Shown: piece after piece, positions 1-8,098 of the stretch
Layout: each line of letters opens with the position of its first letter
How positions within the stretch are numbered: position 1 is the first letter of the stretch
From: a virus
Taxonomy: Duplodnaviria > Caudoviricetes
Length of the DNA: 33,628 bases
Virus record (IMG/VR): IMGVR_UViG_3300047292_000106
Coordinates: 1 to 33,628 of that record
Strand: one strand, 5' to 3'
Notes under the pieces: model-generated
The model's database searches: none
What the model saw: the letters and a program-made list of their open reading frames with translations, nothing else
What the model was told of the DNA's origin: nothing
Position numbers and translations under genes: made by a program

Positions 1-57
1 ACAAGCAGTTTAAAACCAAAATTGTTTGACCGTATTAAATCATTTTGGAGTAGTTAA
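1..57 (+). CDS. 3' end of an upstream gene (partial, ...TSSLKPKLFDRIKSFWSS*)
   Basis: Frame 1 is open from base 1 to TAA 55-57, which overlaps the next ATG (TAATG) as at other gene junctions here. Confidence 0.5.
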   Translation, partial: TSSLKPKLFDRIKSFWSS

Positions 58-356
58 TGAGCATCCGCAAAAAGGATCGTAGTTTTGAAGAAATGCTACG
101 TGAGATACATGTAGAAGAAGTTCCAGTCGAATACATTGACTGGATAAAAGTGTATCTTAACGATGGCAGTGAATTAGTCTTTAAAAAGGAAGACCTGTCT
201 GATATTAAAAGTAGCAACGAGCTTTTAGCAAGTAAGCAACTAGAACAATATCTAGACAGGATCGTAGATTTTGAAGTTATGATGGATAGCGACCTTATTA
301 AGACTCGTGTAACGCGAGTAGTAGGTGCATTGTTAGCAACACACTTTAACCAATGA
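57..356 (+). CDS. Hypothetical acidic phage protein (99 aa)
   Basis: GGAG Shine-Dalgarno upstream; ATGA overlap with the next gene; no recognised motif. Confidence 0.8.
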   Translation: MSIRKKDRSFEEMLREIHVEEVPVEYIDWIKVYLNDGSELVFKKEDLSDIKSSNELLASKQLEQYLDRIVDFEVMMDSDLIKTRVTRVVGALLATHFNQ

Positions 357-1048
357 TTGATCTACTATTAATAAATCCCAAAGAGTCTGCAACAGCACTT
401 GTACGTGCATTGGCTACTAATAATATCAGTTACCAAATAGTTGCGACTCCGGGGGAAACATTTGTCTATGCAACAGAGCTACCAGTAATTGATTTAAACA
501 TTGATCAATGGGATAGTACAAAAAAGTATAAATCTGCGGTTGCATATAACAAAGTAGGTCAACACTGGCTTGATAACATTAGTGATCAAATAACACTACA
601 CAATCGGCCAATTAAAGATCGCACACAATATTATATCAATGATATTAATGCAATCAAAGCCGACCATGTTAAGATGTTCAACCTGATATCATATAAAGGC
701 AGACATGTATTAGTTGACGCTAGTGTTTGTATAGATTCAAAATTTAACTTAATTCAAGATCAATTGGAACCTGCCTTTGAAAACGAAGTTGAGAATGTGT
801 TTGCATTTCTTGACGACATTGGTGTTTTAAATGGACCTTGCCAAGTGTTTATTAAACCCGACAGTACAATGTTAGTTAGACTTGCTCCTAGTAGTCCAAC
901 AGCACAAACAAATAGAAAGTTTTGGCATATCTGGTCAAAAATAATTCTACTAGAGATTGACCAACCAAAAAAAGCTATCTTAACATTTTATGGATGGATT
1001 AATCATACTGGATCAGCTAAACGTTTTCAGCTCGAAACTGGCCTGTGA
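353..1048 (+). CDS. Degenerate or shortened ATP-grasp-like protein (231 aa)
   Basis: N-terminal LLINPKESATALVRAL, middle FNLISYKGRHVLVD and FLDDIGVLNGPCQV resemble segments of amino-acid-ligase-type ATP-grasp proteins; the lid region and catalytic Glu/Asn/Arg are not visible. Confidence 0.4.
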   Translation: MIDLLLINPKESATALVRALATNNISYQIVATPGETFVYATELPVIDLNIDQWDSTKKYKSAVAYNKVGQHWLDNISDQITLHNRPIKDRTQYYINDINAIKADHVKMFNLISYKGRHVLVDASVCIDSKFNLIQDQLEPAFENEVENVFAFLDDIGVLNGPCQVFIKPDSTMLVRLAPSSPTAQTNRKFWHIWSKIILLEIDQPKKAILTFYGWINHTGSAKRFQLETGL

Positions 1049-1485
1049 GTTTTAAATAAAATATCCCAAATTGGGAAAAACAATCCGTAGTTAAAGTTAG
1101 TGGCACGATGATGTATCAAGTGCCACTTTCCACTTGTAAGGAACGGGTACAAGTTAAATTTTGGATTGTGCTCAATCGTTTCCTGGACTAGTGCGGCCCA
1201 TAGATAGTAAAATACGCTAACCCACCAATGACCTGTAATCCAACTAAAGATCAATGTAGGTACAACTTCTGTAATCCATAAATCTAATGTGCTGGTCCAG
1301 GTGTCATTGAACAAAAACAAGTTATTCCAATGCCACTTGGTTTGTTCGTGTGTATTGATATACTTGTGATGGTCTGCATGTGCTTTGAACGCAACTGGAA
1401 AGAACTTTAAGCCAACGCCGTGAATAATGCGGTGTATAACGTAAAGATATAGAGTCCAGCTTAAAAATACAAGTATGTGTTCCAT
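1027..1485 (-). CDS. Sterol desaturase / fatty acid hydroxylase family membrane di-iron enzyme (152 aa)
   Basis: His boxes HRIIH, HADHH, EH, HLIHH and C-terminal NYGLFFPIWDILFKT typical of the family; hydrophobic segments. Confidence 0.88.
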   Translation of the reverse strand: MEHILVFLSWTLYLYVIHRIIHGVGLKFFPVAFKAHADHHKYINTHEQTKWHWNNLFLFNDTWTSTLDLWITEVVPTLIFSWITGHWWVSVFYYLWAALVQETIEHNPKFNLYPFLTSGKWHLIHHRATNFNYGLFFPIWDILFKTHRPVSS

Positions 1486-1490
1486 AATAC

Positions 1491-1496
1491 TACTTA
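1491..1496 (-). promoter_or_regulatory. Putative late promoter variant TAAGTA, 5 nt before ATG
   Basis: Minus strand TAAGTA-GTATT-ATG(1485); same spacing as the TAAATA copies. Confidence 0.55.
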
Positions 1497-1523
1497 TGAA
1501 TTTATACTATAGGCAGTTTCCAA

Positions 1524-1529
1524 TAAATA
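1524..1529 (+). promoter_or_regulatory. Putative T4-like late promoter TAAATA, 5 nt before ATG
   Basis: TAAATA-TTAGT-ATG(1535); core of the T4 late consensus TATAAATA. Confidence 0.7.
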
Positions 1530-1534
1530 TTAGT

Positions 1535-2083
1535 ATGGAATATTTCAAAGAAGTTAACTTACCGTCATGGCCGTTTATACAAAAATTTTGCCGTAGCAAG
1601 TGGGACGGAAAATTTACAACAGCTACTGTCTTTACCGGAAAAGATTTAGCATACATTGGAAAGCTAGTCGAAAAGGATATTCAATCCCAATTTGGCTTTA
1701 ATGTTAAGATTAAGACAGCAATTATGTTTATCAATGACGCTAACTTTGTACAGGCAATGCATATCGATGGATTTGATCTTAATAGAGTTAACACATCAAA
1801 TACTGCTCTTAATCTTCCTATATTAAACTGCGAACACGGTCCAATGTATTGGTACGAAGGCGATTTCTTTTTAACAAAAAGTCCAGTTAAGACTATTAAG
1901 TATCTTGAAATTAACTGGAAAGATGAGCCAAGGCTAGCGGCTACTAAAATTATTAACAAGCCAACGTTTGTCAGAATTAACATTCCTCACTATATCGAAA
2001 ATCAAAGTTCTGACCCTAGGCTAATGTTGAGTATTCGCTTTACTAAAGATGTACTATTGGAGAACATCCCGTCGATTTCCTAA
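1535..2083 (+). CDS. 2OG-Fe(II) oxygenase / DSBH-fold protein (182 aa; start moved from 1475 to ATG 1535)
   Basis: HID (HxD) ... ALNLPI ... NIPH (distal His) ... PRLMLSIR; a start at 1475 would overlap the divergent gene and both promoter motifs. Confidence 0.7.
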   Translation: MEYFKEVNLPSWPFIQKFCRSKWDGKFTTATVFTGKDLAYIGKLVEKDIQSQFGFNVKIKTAIMFINDANFVQAMHIDGFDLNRVNTSNTALNLPILNCEHGPMYWYEGDFFLTKSPVKTIKYLEINWKDEPRLAATKIINKPTFVRINIPHYIENQSSDPRLMLSIRFTKDVLLENIPSIS

Positions 2084-2084
2084 C

Positions 2085-2090
2085 TACATA
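2085..2090 (+). promoter_or_regulatory. Putative late promoter variant TACATA
   Basis: AACTACATA in the intergenic gap (compare AACTAAATA at 18706 and 19346), followed by AGGAG SD and ATG 2114. Confidence 0.5.
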
Positions 2091-2113
2091 CAGTAACGAT
2101 AGGAGTTATTGAT

Positions 2114-2734
2114 ATGCATTGGTTAGCATTAGCTTGCACAGCAGAAAATGAAGTATTGGCGTGGTCAACTGACTTGTCTGTCCTAGAGGCCGCCGCGCTC
2201 GGCGAGTTTCAAGCAATTTGTAGAGTATATGGTGTAAGCGATTTACATGCAAGTCAGTTACGTCAAGGCAACCTGGATTTCAAATTGAAATTTGATGGTC
2301 CTCGTAATACTGAATTTGTAGCACATCGCAAAAGCATGGAAGTTAATATTCTTACCCACCAATTGCAGGCTCGCGTTAATCTAATGAACGAACTACAGCA
2401 ACGATTGGCACATGGCTTTAAGCGATTTGAACAACGGTTTGAATGGCAACATGAGGCATACGAAGAAAAGTATCGTCAGGCCAATGATGTATTTAAAGGC
2501 TTAACAGATGATGTTGGTATGGTAGAAGACTATGCCGAAGAAGCTGGTTTAACTATAAACGTAGCGGCTGGGCTTATTATCAACAAGTATCACAATAGAA
2601 AGTTTTTGATTCGTAAACTAGAACGCCTGCGTATTAGATTTCAAAACATGATACGTGCCGCAAAGAACAAAGAAGAATTTGCTGTTGTACGTGCGCGAAT
2701 GGACGAAGATTCGTTTTTATCAATGATGATGTAA
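2114..2734 (+). CDS. Hypothetical protein; helical C-terminal half resembles tail-fibre-assembly-type proteins
   Basis: Strong AGGAG SD; pattern QHEAYEEKYRQA...YAEEAGLT..VAAGLIINK...LERLR...IRAAKNKEE recalls small fibre-associated helical proteins (recognised by eye). Confidence 0.5.
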   Translation: MHWLALACTAENEVLAWSTDLSVLEAAALGEFQAICRVYGVSDLHASQLRQGNLDFKLKFDGPRNTEFVAHRKSMEVNILTHQLQARVNLMNELQQRLAHGFKRFEQRFEWQHEAYEEKYRQANDVFKGLTDDVGMVEDYAEEAGLTINVAAGLIINKYHNRKFLIRKLERLRIRFQNMIRAAKNKEEFAVVRARMDEDSFLSMMM

Positions 2735-2735
2735 C

Positions 2736-3806
2736 ATGAAAAAACTATTATACTATATCCCCCACAGACTTTATCGCAGTCCGTTAGCAAAAGATATTGA
2801 TCCTGTAACAAAAACATTTATTGAAATGTTTAACCCCTGGATCAGTTTAAGTGATCGTACAGGTACCATTGATGTTCCAGGAGTTGAGATATACAACAAT
2901 AGTCCGATCCCTGAACGCCCTGCTGTTGTCCCTTCTTTTAGTGGTGTAAGCTACAACAGAATCGATGACTGTATTGCCAAGTTAAAAGAACCAGGTAAGG
3001 AACGACTTGTTATTTTCCAAAGTGGAGGCATTGACTCAACGCTGATTGTATCATTGCTTATTAGTCACCCAGACTGGGCAGAACTACAAAAGGTAACGTG
3101 GCTTGCTATTAACGAAGACAGTCAGATGGAGAATCCCGAGTTCTTCAATGAAGTAGTGCTTCCTTACTTTGGTACAAAGTTGTTGGCAAGCAATCAGTTT
3201 TATGATATTGTTAGCGACCCACGCAATGTATGTGTTACTGGTGAATGCGCTGATAACTTGTTTGGTAGTCTAACACTTAAAAGCTACATGGATAACACCA
3301 ACAACTTTGATGCTATTCATGGTGATTGGGAAACTGAAACACTTCCTTGGTTGCTAGACAAGAAAGAACCATACAGAGAAGAACGCGAACAAATGCTACG
3401 AGACTTAGTAGGTGCAAGCCCTGTGCCAATTAACTCTAATCACGATTTCTTATGGTGGTTGAATTATGCTATGAAGTGGCAAGCTGTCAAGTACCGCATG
3501 GCAATGCATGCACCTACTGCTAAACAAGCTGAATACATGGCTGGGAATGTTGTCAACTTCTTTGACAGCGAGCAATACCAACAGTGGGCATTGTACACAA
3601 GCGAAGCTAAAGTAGGCGGCAAATGGAACACATACAAGTTGCCAGCAAAGCAACTGATCAATGATATTTGGCCTAACGAGAAATACTTAAAGTACAAAAC
3701 AAAATGGCCGAGCTTGCCGACCATTACACGTTACAATAACGCTTGGGGATTTTTGTGGCAGAACGAAGATGGTTCGTTAACTGCCACAAAAGAGTTAGAC
3801 GCTTAA
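2736..3806 (+). CDS. Asparagine-synthetase-like PP-loop ATP pyrophosphatase without glutaminase domain (356 aa)
   Basis: PP-loop QSGGIDST and VTGECADNLFG motif; no N-terminal Cys1 Ntn domain. Confidence 0.8.
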   Translation: MKKLLYYIPHRLYRSPLAKDIDPVTKTFIEMFNPWISLSDRTGTIDVPGVEIYNNSPIPERPAVVPSFSGVSYNRIDDCIAKLKEPGKERLVIFQSGGIDSTLIVSLLISHPDWAELQKVTWLAINEDSQMENPEFFNEVVLPYFGTKLLASNQFYDIVSDPRNVCVTGECADNLFGSLTLKSYMDNTNNFDAIHGDWETETLPWLLDKKEPYREEREQMLRDLVGASPVPINSNHDFLWWLNYAMKWQAVKYRMAMHAPTAKQAEYMAGNVVNFFDSEQYQQWALYTSEAKVGGKWNTYKLPAKQLINDIWPNEKYLKYKTKWPSLPTITRYNNAWGFLWQNEDGSLTATKELDA

Positions 3807-4466
3807 CATTGGATAGATAGCTGAAATAGCTTTGGCACACGCAAGGGCAACAAGTTGATGCTCTTTTTGTGTGCCATTTTCTTTACGCAATTCAATAAAG
3901 TGTACCCAGCTACGCAATGTACCATTCATGTACAAGCGGCTAACTGTGTTACCTTCTGGCAATACTGAACGTGCTTGTTCTTTGGCAATGCCATTGCTAA
4001 TTGCCCAGCCGTATGTTTCTTTAACAAGACGAATAATGTCTTGTTGCTTTTCAATCCAAATGTCGTTTAGCTCACGTTGAGCAGGATCTGTTAAGTCTAA
4101 CTCGACCGAGTTCTGGCGATTCTTTGTATCTTGAAAACGTGCTTCACGAATAACAAAGCCTAGATCTTCTGTTGGGTTTGCATAACGCTGAGAGAACTCT
4201 TGGAAAGCAAAACTACGATGACGCAGAATTTGTCGTGCAATATCACGTGTAGTAGTAATCTCTACACATGCACTTGCCATTTCAAGTGGGCTCCAGTGTG
4301 CATGTTTAACAAGATACTTGATTAGTTTTTCACTAGTTTCAGTGTTGTACTGGTTAGTGGGGTTTGATACGCGGGCACAGAAAGCAATAAGCTCTTGTGC
4401 ATCCGCAATACCTTCATTTCTAAATTCCTCAGTTGGCTGAGAATATGATACGAGGCGAACTGTCAT
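3795..4466 (-). CDS. thyX: FAD-dependent thymidylate synthase
   Basis: ThyX signature RHRSFAFQEFSQRY, plus ARVS, HWSPLE, AKEQARSVLP, LRSWVHFIELR, TQKEH. Confidence 0.97.
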   Translation of the reverse strand: MTVRLVSYSQPTEEFRNEGIADAQELIAFCARVSNPTNQYNTETSEKLIKYLVKHAHWSPLEMASACVEITTTRDIARQILRHRSFAFQEFSQRYANPTEDLGFVIREARFQDTKNRQNSVELDLTDPAQRELNDIWIEKQQDIIRLVKETYGWAISNGIAKEQARSVLPEGNTVSRLYMNGTLRSWVHFIELRKENGTQKEHQLVALACAKAISAIYPMLSV

Positions 4467-4474
4467 TATAATCC

Positions 4475-5362
4475 TTAAAGTTTATAAGCAAGTATAGCAT
4501 CTTCCCTAAGTTTCCACAAGCGTTTAGTCTCCGAAAGCGGAGCGAACGGAATTACAAGAAGCAAGCATGGATCAAATTCGTGCCAGCGTCCGCTTACTGA
4601 TGTACCAAAGTCAAACGAGCTTGCTTGCTTGTGGTGATTGTTGTGCCAACCTGAACCCCAGTGAAAGTAACCAATGGCCCATACGTTAGTGCTACAATCT
4701 TTGTTTTCAAAGTTTTGATAGCCCGCCGCTGGTACGTGTCCAAATGTATTAACAAGGCCGTCGGCATGCAAGCTCATAAGTGCGCCAACAACAAAGAACC
4801 AAACAGTAGCTTGCCAGCCAAATAGTAAGAAACTTAGTAATAGTGTACCGTAAATGATCTTGTTATAGTTTTCATGCACAAAAGTAACACGGCGATCGCG
4901 AAGCAAATCAACTGCATAGCGGAAGCTAACAGAGTCTTGTTCAATGCCAAACTGCCATCCCATATAACTAAACCACCAACCGTTGCCAACTGGAGTATGA
5001 ATGTCCTTGCCAGGCTGATCACTTACTCGATGATGGTGTCCGCGATGTAACGCCGCCCACCATAATGGACTACCTTCACCTACTAATGTTGCGGCCCATA
5101 ATAAGAAAGGTTCGGCCCATTTGTGTGGTGTCCATGACTTATGACTTAACCAACGATGTAGTGTCAAGTTGTTGCCAATACCGTCAAGTAATACCCAACC
5201 AAGCACAGCAAGTAGCAAGTAATGCCACGACCAACCTGTTGCAACAGTATATGCAATCGTAGCGATTGCGGCAATATGGTATGGCAACCATATTGCAAGA
5301 ATGTAAGGGATCTGGTGTGTCTTGCGATACAACTCAGCTTGTTTGTTTAACCAATTTTTCAT
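4475..5362 (-). CDS. Membrane acyl desaturase, delta-9 (DesC/OLE1)-like (295 aa)
   Basis: His boxes HRWLSH, HRGHH, WHNNHH; also GSPLWW, DIHTP, VNTFGH, STN motifs and transmembrane segments. Confidence 0.92.
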   Translation of the reverse strand: MKNWLNKQAELYRKTHQIPYILAIWLPYHIAAIATIAYTVATGWSWHYLLLAVLGWVLLDGIGNNLTLHRWLSHKSWTPHKWAEPFLLWAATLVGEGSPLWWAALHRGHHHRVSDQPGKDIHTPVGNGWWFSYMGWQFGIEQDSVSFRYAVDLLRDRRVTFVHENYNKIIYGTLLLSFLLFGWQATVWFFVVGALMSLHADGLVNTFGHVPAAGYQNFENKDCSTNVWAIGYFHWGSGWHNNHHKQASSFDFGTSVSGRWHEFDPCLLLVIPFAPLSETKRLWKLREDAILAYKL

Positions 5363-6003
5363 GAAGTAGCTTTACTTAAAGGGATTGCCGTGCCTCCCTG
5401 GCTTGGCGGTAATGTGTTTTCTCTGCGTAGTATATATCTTCGCAGGTTCATATCGTGCGGATGTAGCGAACGCCCCATTAGCTCATGGATAAATCCATAA
5501 TGACTTCGCGTGTTTGCTTCAATTGTACATTCAACAAAACTGTAGTAGTTTTCACGCACAGGTAGCATAATCTTGCTATACGCGGCTTCTCGATGAGCGG
5601 GATAGCTTACATAAAACTCGTTCATTCCTGCGGCTTCGTGTACCTTGCAAAGCTCTGCAATAATCGTTCTAAATACTGGGATAAACTTTACGCCCATACT
5701 AGGACTTAGCAACCAACTTAGACTCCAAGTTGGCATGTGATCCCATCTTCTGACACCAACTGCGGCTTGATATACGCCATTTTCATCAACTAGTGCATAA
5801 CACTGTCTAATGTTGTAGTTATTAAACGTGCTTGGTAACATAAACGCTGAAAAGAACTTTCTACGTTTTTCAGCATCGTCGATATCGTTTGATATTTTAA
5901 AATCTGGATACTTGTCAGGATCTGTATTTGCATAGATATGCTCTGCAAACTCCACAAGTCCCGGCAAATGATCAAATGTCATTGGCATTAAGCTATATTG
6001 CAT
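5359..6003 (-). CDS. Putative GNAT-fold acyltransferase-like protein (214 aa)
   Basis: Helix-helix then beta run CYALVDENGVYQAAVGVRRW..WSLSWLL, helix, then AAGMNEFYV, matching GNAT topology; no clear CoA-binding loop. Confidence 0.4.
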   Translation of the reverse strand: MQYSLMPMTFDHLPGLVEFAEHIYANTDPDKYPDFKISNDIDDAEKRRKFFSAFMLPSTFNNYNIRQCYALVDENGVYQAAVGVRRWDHMPTWSLSWLLSPSMGVKFIPVFRTIIAELCKVHEAAGMNEFYVSYPAHREAAYSKIMLPVRENYYSFVECTIEANTRSHYGFIHELMGRSLHPHDMNLRRYILRRENTLPPSQGGTAIPLSKATS

Positions 6004-6938
6004 ACTGTCTCTACTCCGTTAATTAAATTTTGTCTTAGTTCACCAACTGGCATAATGTAATTACGCTCGCTGAAATTTAAATTTGACTTGGTATAGACAT
6101 TGTATCTAACATAGTCCCACAAGTGCATGTAATTTTCTACGCCGTGCCATTTTGGACGTTTTCTAAAGTTGTATCCAAGATGTGAATAAATTTTCATTTT
6201 AGAACTGGTCCAACTTAACTTCCCCGGAATCCGGTCATTTACTAAATCATCAACTGTTGGTAGTTGTAAAAAAGATAAAATAGATTCTGGGCTATAGCTG
6301 TAAAAGTTGTTAAGTGCCGGAATACCTGTTGCATCAGCAAATCTACGCCAGACTCCGTCTTGATCCTCTTTCTTTAAGAATGCCCATTGATCATAATGTT
6401 TGCCAGTTTCCCAGTTAATGCTAGGCAGCTTTTCTAATTCAATTTCATCAACAGTAATCATTGGAGCACTATAGTCTAGTGCTATTTTCATAAGAAGTTG
6501 TTGATAAAAACTGTATCCTTGATAACGGGCACCAATTTCAAATGCTTCTCCGCTCATTACAAACTCTTCCGGGTCTACATCAATGACGCTATACTTCAAT
6601 CCCATATGATCTAACATTCGCATTGCAGGACCAATGTCGTGTATATTCTTATCGTCGGGAAATCTTATGGTAACAATACGCGGAGTAATGCCAGCTGATA
6701 AGAAGCTTTGCAGTGCCATTTCGCTGTCTAGTCCACCACTTAGAAAAATTGTCAGGTCTGGATAAGTTTTGTTTAATATGCGAGCAGTTCTAATCAGCTC
6801 TGCTTTAAAGCTCATTGGCTTACGAACACAACCACCTACGCTCATTGATGTTGTTTCTAAATTATCCTTGCGCCAGATTTGGTTACGGTCATTGCCGTAC
6901 CAATATTTTAAATGCGAACGTTCTGTGTTTATAATCAT
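5988..6938 (-). CDS. Second PP-loop (adenine nucleotide alpha hydrolase, AsnB-like) protein (316 aa)
   Basis: IFLSGGLDSE PP-loop, NIHDI..A downstream, C-terminal RPKWHGVE; no glutaminase domain. Confidence 0.75.
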   Translation of the reverse strand: MIINTERSHLKYWYGNDRNQIWRKDNLETTSMSVGGCVRKPMSFKAELIRTARILNKTYPDLTIFLSGGLDSEMALQSFLSAGITPRIVTIRFPDDKNIHDIGPAMRMLDHMGLKYSVIDVDPEEFVMSGEAFEIGARYQGYSFYQQLLMKIALDYSAPMITVDEIELEKLPSINWETGKHYDQWAFLKKEDQDGVWRRFADATGIPALNNFYSYSPESILSFLQLPTVDDLVNDRIPGKLSWTSSKMKIYSHLGYNFRKRPKWHGVENYMHLWDYVRYNVYTKSNLNFSERNYIMPVGELRQNLINGVETVCNIA

Positions 6939-7549
6939 GCTATCCCAAATTCTCGATCAATGTTATTCATGCCATCAAGTACTGCTTCAATGCTAGCAAT
7001 TGGTTTTACTACTGCCCATTGAGGTGTGTTAAAAACATTTAACTGGCGTTCAAAAGGAACACAATCATTCCACCAGGCACTCCAGACTGGGCCCAATGCT
7101 CCAGCTTGGCCGCGTACTCGACGTTTGATTGTAGTATAGATCCACTTGTTGTAATCATTGAATGTTAAAATCATACCCGCATAGCCACGGTCTTTGCACC
7201 ACTGCAAATTTGATGCTAACAGGTACTTTGTAATTTCGTTGCGTACACGATACTTTGGTAATAACCAGCAACGATTGCCGCCACTGCCAAATGCTCCCGA
7301 AAGTGAGCTTGTTTCAACTGCACTAATGCCTACAATTTTACCATCGTCTAGTAACAGGTCAATTTGACCAGTTTTTTCTGTCCAGCGTGATTTATTATTA
7401 ACAATGTACCCAAGACCTGCAGGAAGATCATACCCCATATTAACCATTGCTGGTAATGGATCATTTGCAATCTCTGCCAGGAAGTCTTTGTATAGTGACT
7501 CTATACTACTAAAGTGTTCGGCGCAGGTATGAATAACTTCTAATGTCAT
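6935..7549 (-). CDS. Putative GNAT-fold acyltransferase (204 aa)
   Basis: LLLDDGKIVGISAV beta hairpin, RCWLLPKYR (motif A position), WCKDRGYAGMILTFNDYN (motif B with Asn). Confidence 0.65.
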   Translation of the reverse strand: MTLEVIHTCAEHFSSIESLYKDFLAEIANDPLPAMVNMGYDLPAGLGYIVNNKSRWTEKTGQIDLLLDDGKIVGISAVETSSLSGAFGSGGNRCWLLPKYRVRNEITKYLLASNLQWCKDRGYAGMILTFNDYNKWIYTTIKRRVRGQAGALGPVWSAWWNDCVPFERQLNVFNTPQWAVVKPIASIEAVLDGMNNIDREFGIA

Positions 7550-7554
7550 ACCTG

Positions 7555-7560
7555 TATGTA
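7555..7560 (-). promoter_or_regulatory. Putative late promoter variant TACATA, 5 nt before ATG
   Basis: Minus strand TACATA-CAGGT-ATG(7549) inside a 15-bp gap. Confidence 0.55.
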
Positions 7561-7564
7561 TGAC

Positions 7565-8098
7565 TTAATAAGGGTCGGTGTTATCCAGGCAAGCAACAAA
7601 ATGGATACGTGGTTTTAGACTCCCATTCATTGCTGAATGTTCGTGTGTTGTATCAATCCACCATACGTGCCCGTCTGCTGGTATAAAACGAACTGCGGAC
7701 GGCTTAGTGAAAAGAAATCTTGCTTGCGGAGTCGTGTCAATTGCAATATGTATTCTAGGTGTTCGATCAGTGTGAATACTATAGCAAGTCCTTGGCTGTA
7801 AAGTTAGTAAACGAGCTCTATATAATTTAAAGGGTAAAGAGGCAAAAAACTCTTCCCACCATGTGCCTACTAGGTCTGGATGTAGTTTGTCCCAGATTGA
7901 TTCTTCGACTTCCGGCTTTGATCCAATCCCAATTGACCAATCTGCAGAACCATCTGTTTGCAATGATAGCTGATCTGTGTATCGATTATAATCTTCTTGC
8001 CATAATAATAGATGCGACTCTTTTCTAAGGCGCTCTATATCTACTACAATGTTTTCGTAACGTTTAAATCTTTCGTCGACTTTGAGTGTGTATGTCAT
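7565..8098 (-). CDS. Aspartyl/asparaginyl beta-hydroxylase-like 2OG-Fe(II) oxygenase (start moved to ATG 8098)
   Basis: RARLLTLQPRTCYSIHTD..RIHIAI..DGHVWWIDTTHEHSAMN..PRIHFV; ATG 8098 overlaps the upstream TGA (ATGA). Confidence 0.82.
   Translation of the reverse strand: MTYTLKVDERFKRYENIVVDIERLRKESHLLLWQEDYNRYTDQLSLQTDGSADWSIGIGSKPEVEESIWDKLHPDLVGTWWEEFFASLPFKLYRARLLTLQPRTCYSIHTDRTPRIHIAIDTTPQARFLFTKPSAVRFIPADGHVWWIDTTHEHSAMNGSLKPRIHFVACLDNTDPY

Noticed and set aside
1475-1534. ORF-track extended starts (also 8128, 10312, 31609) and the internal start at 33480
   Set aside because: Promoter spacing, SD position or stop-start overlaps favour ATG 1535, 8098, 10297 and 31594; the gp5-like frame continues past the window edge
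3795-4466. Intein or intron in thyX; tRNA genes anywhere in the window
   Set aside because: ThyX is normal length with a contiguous motif, and no intergenic gap is long enough for a tRNA
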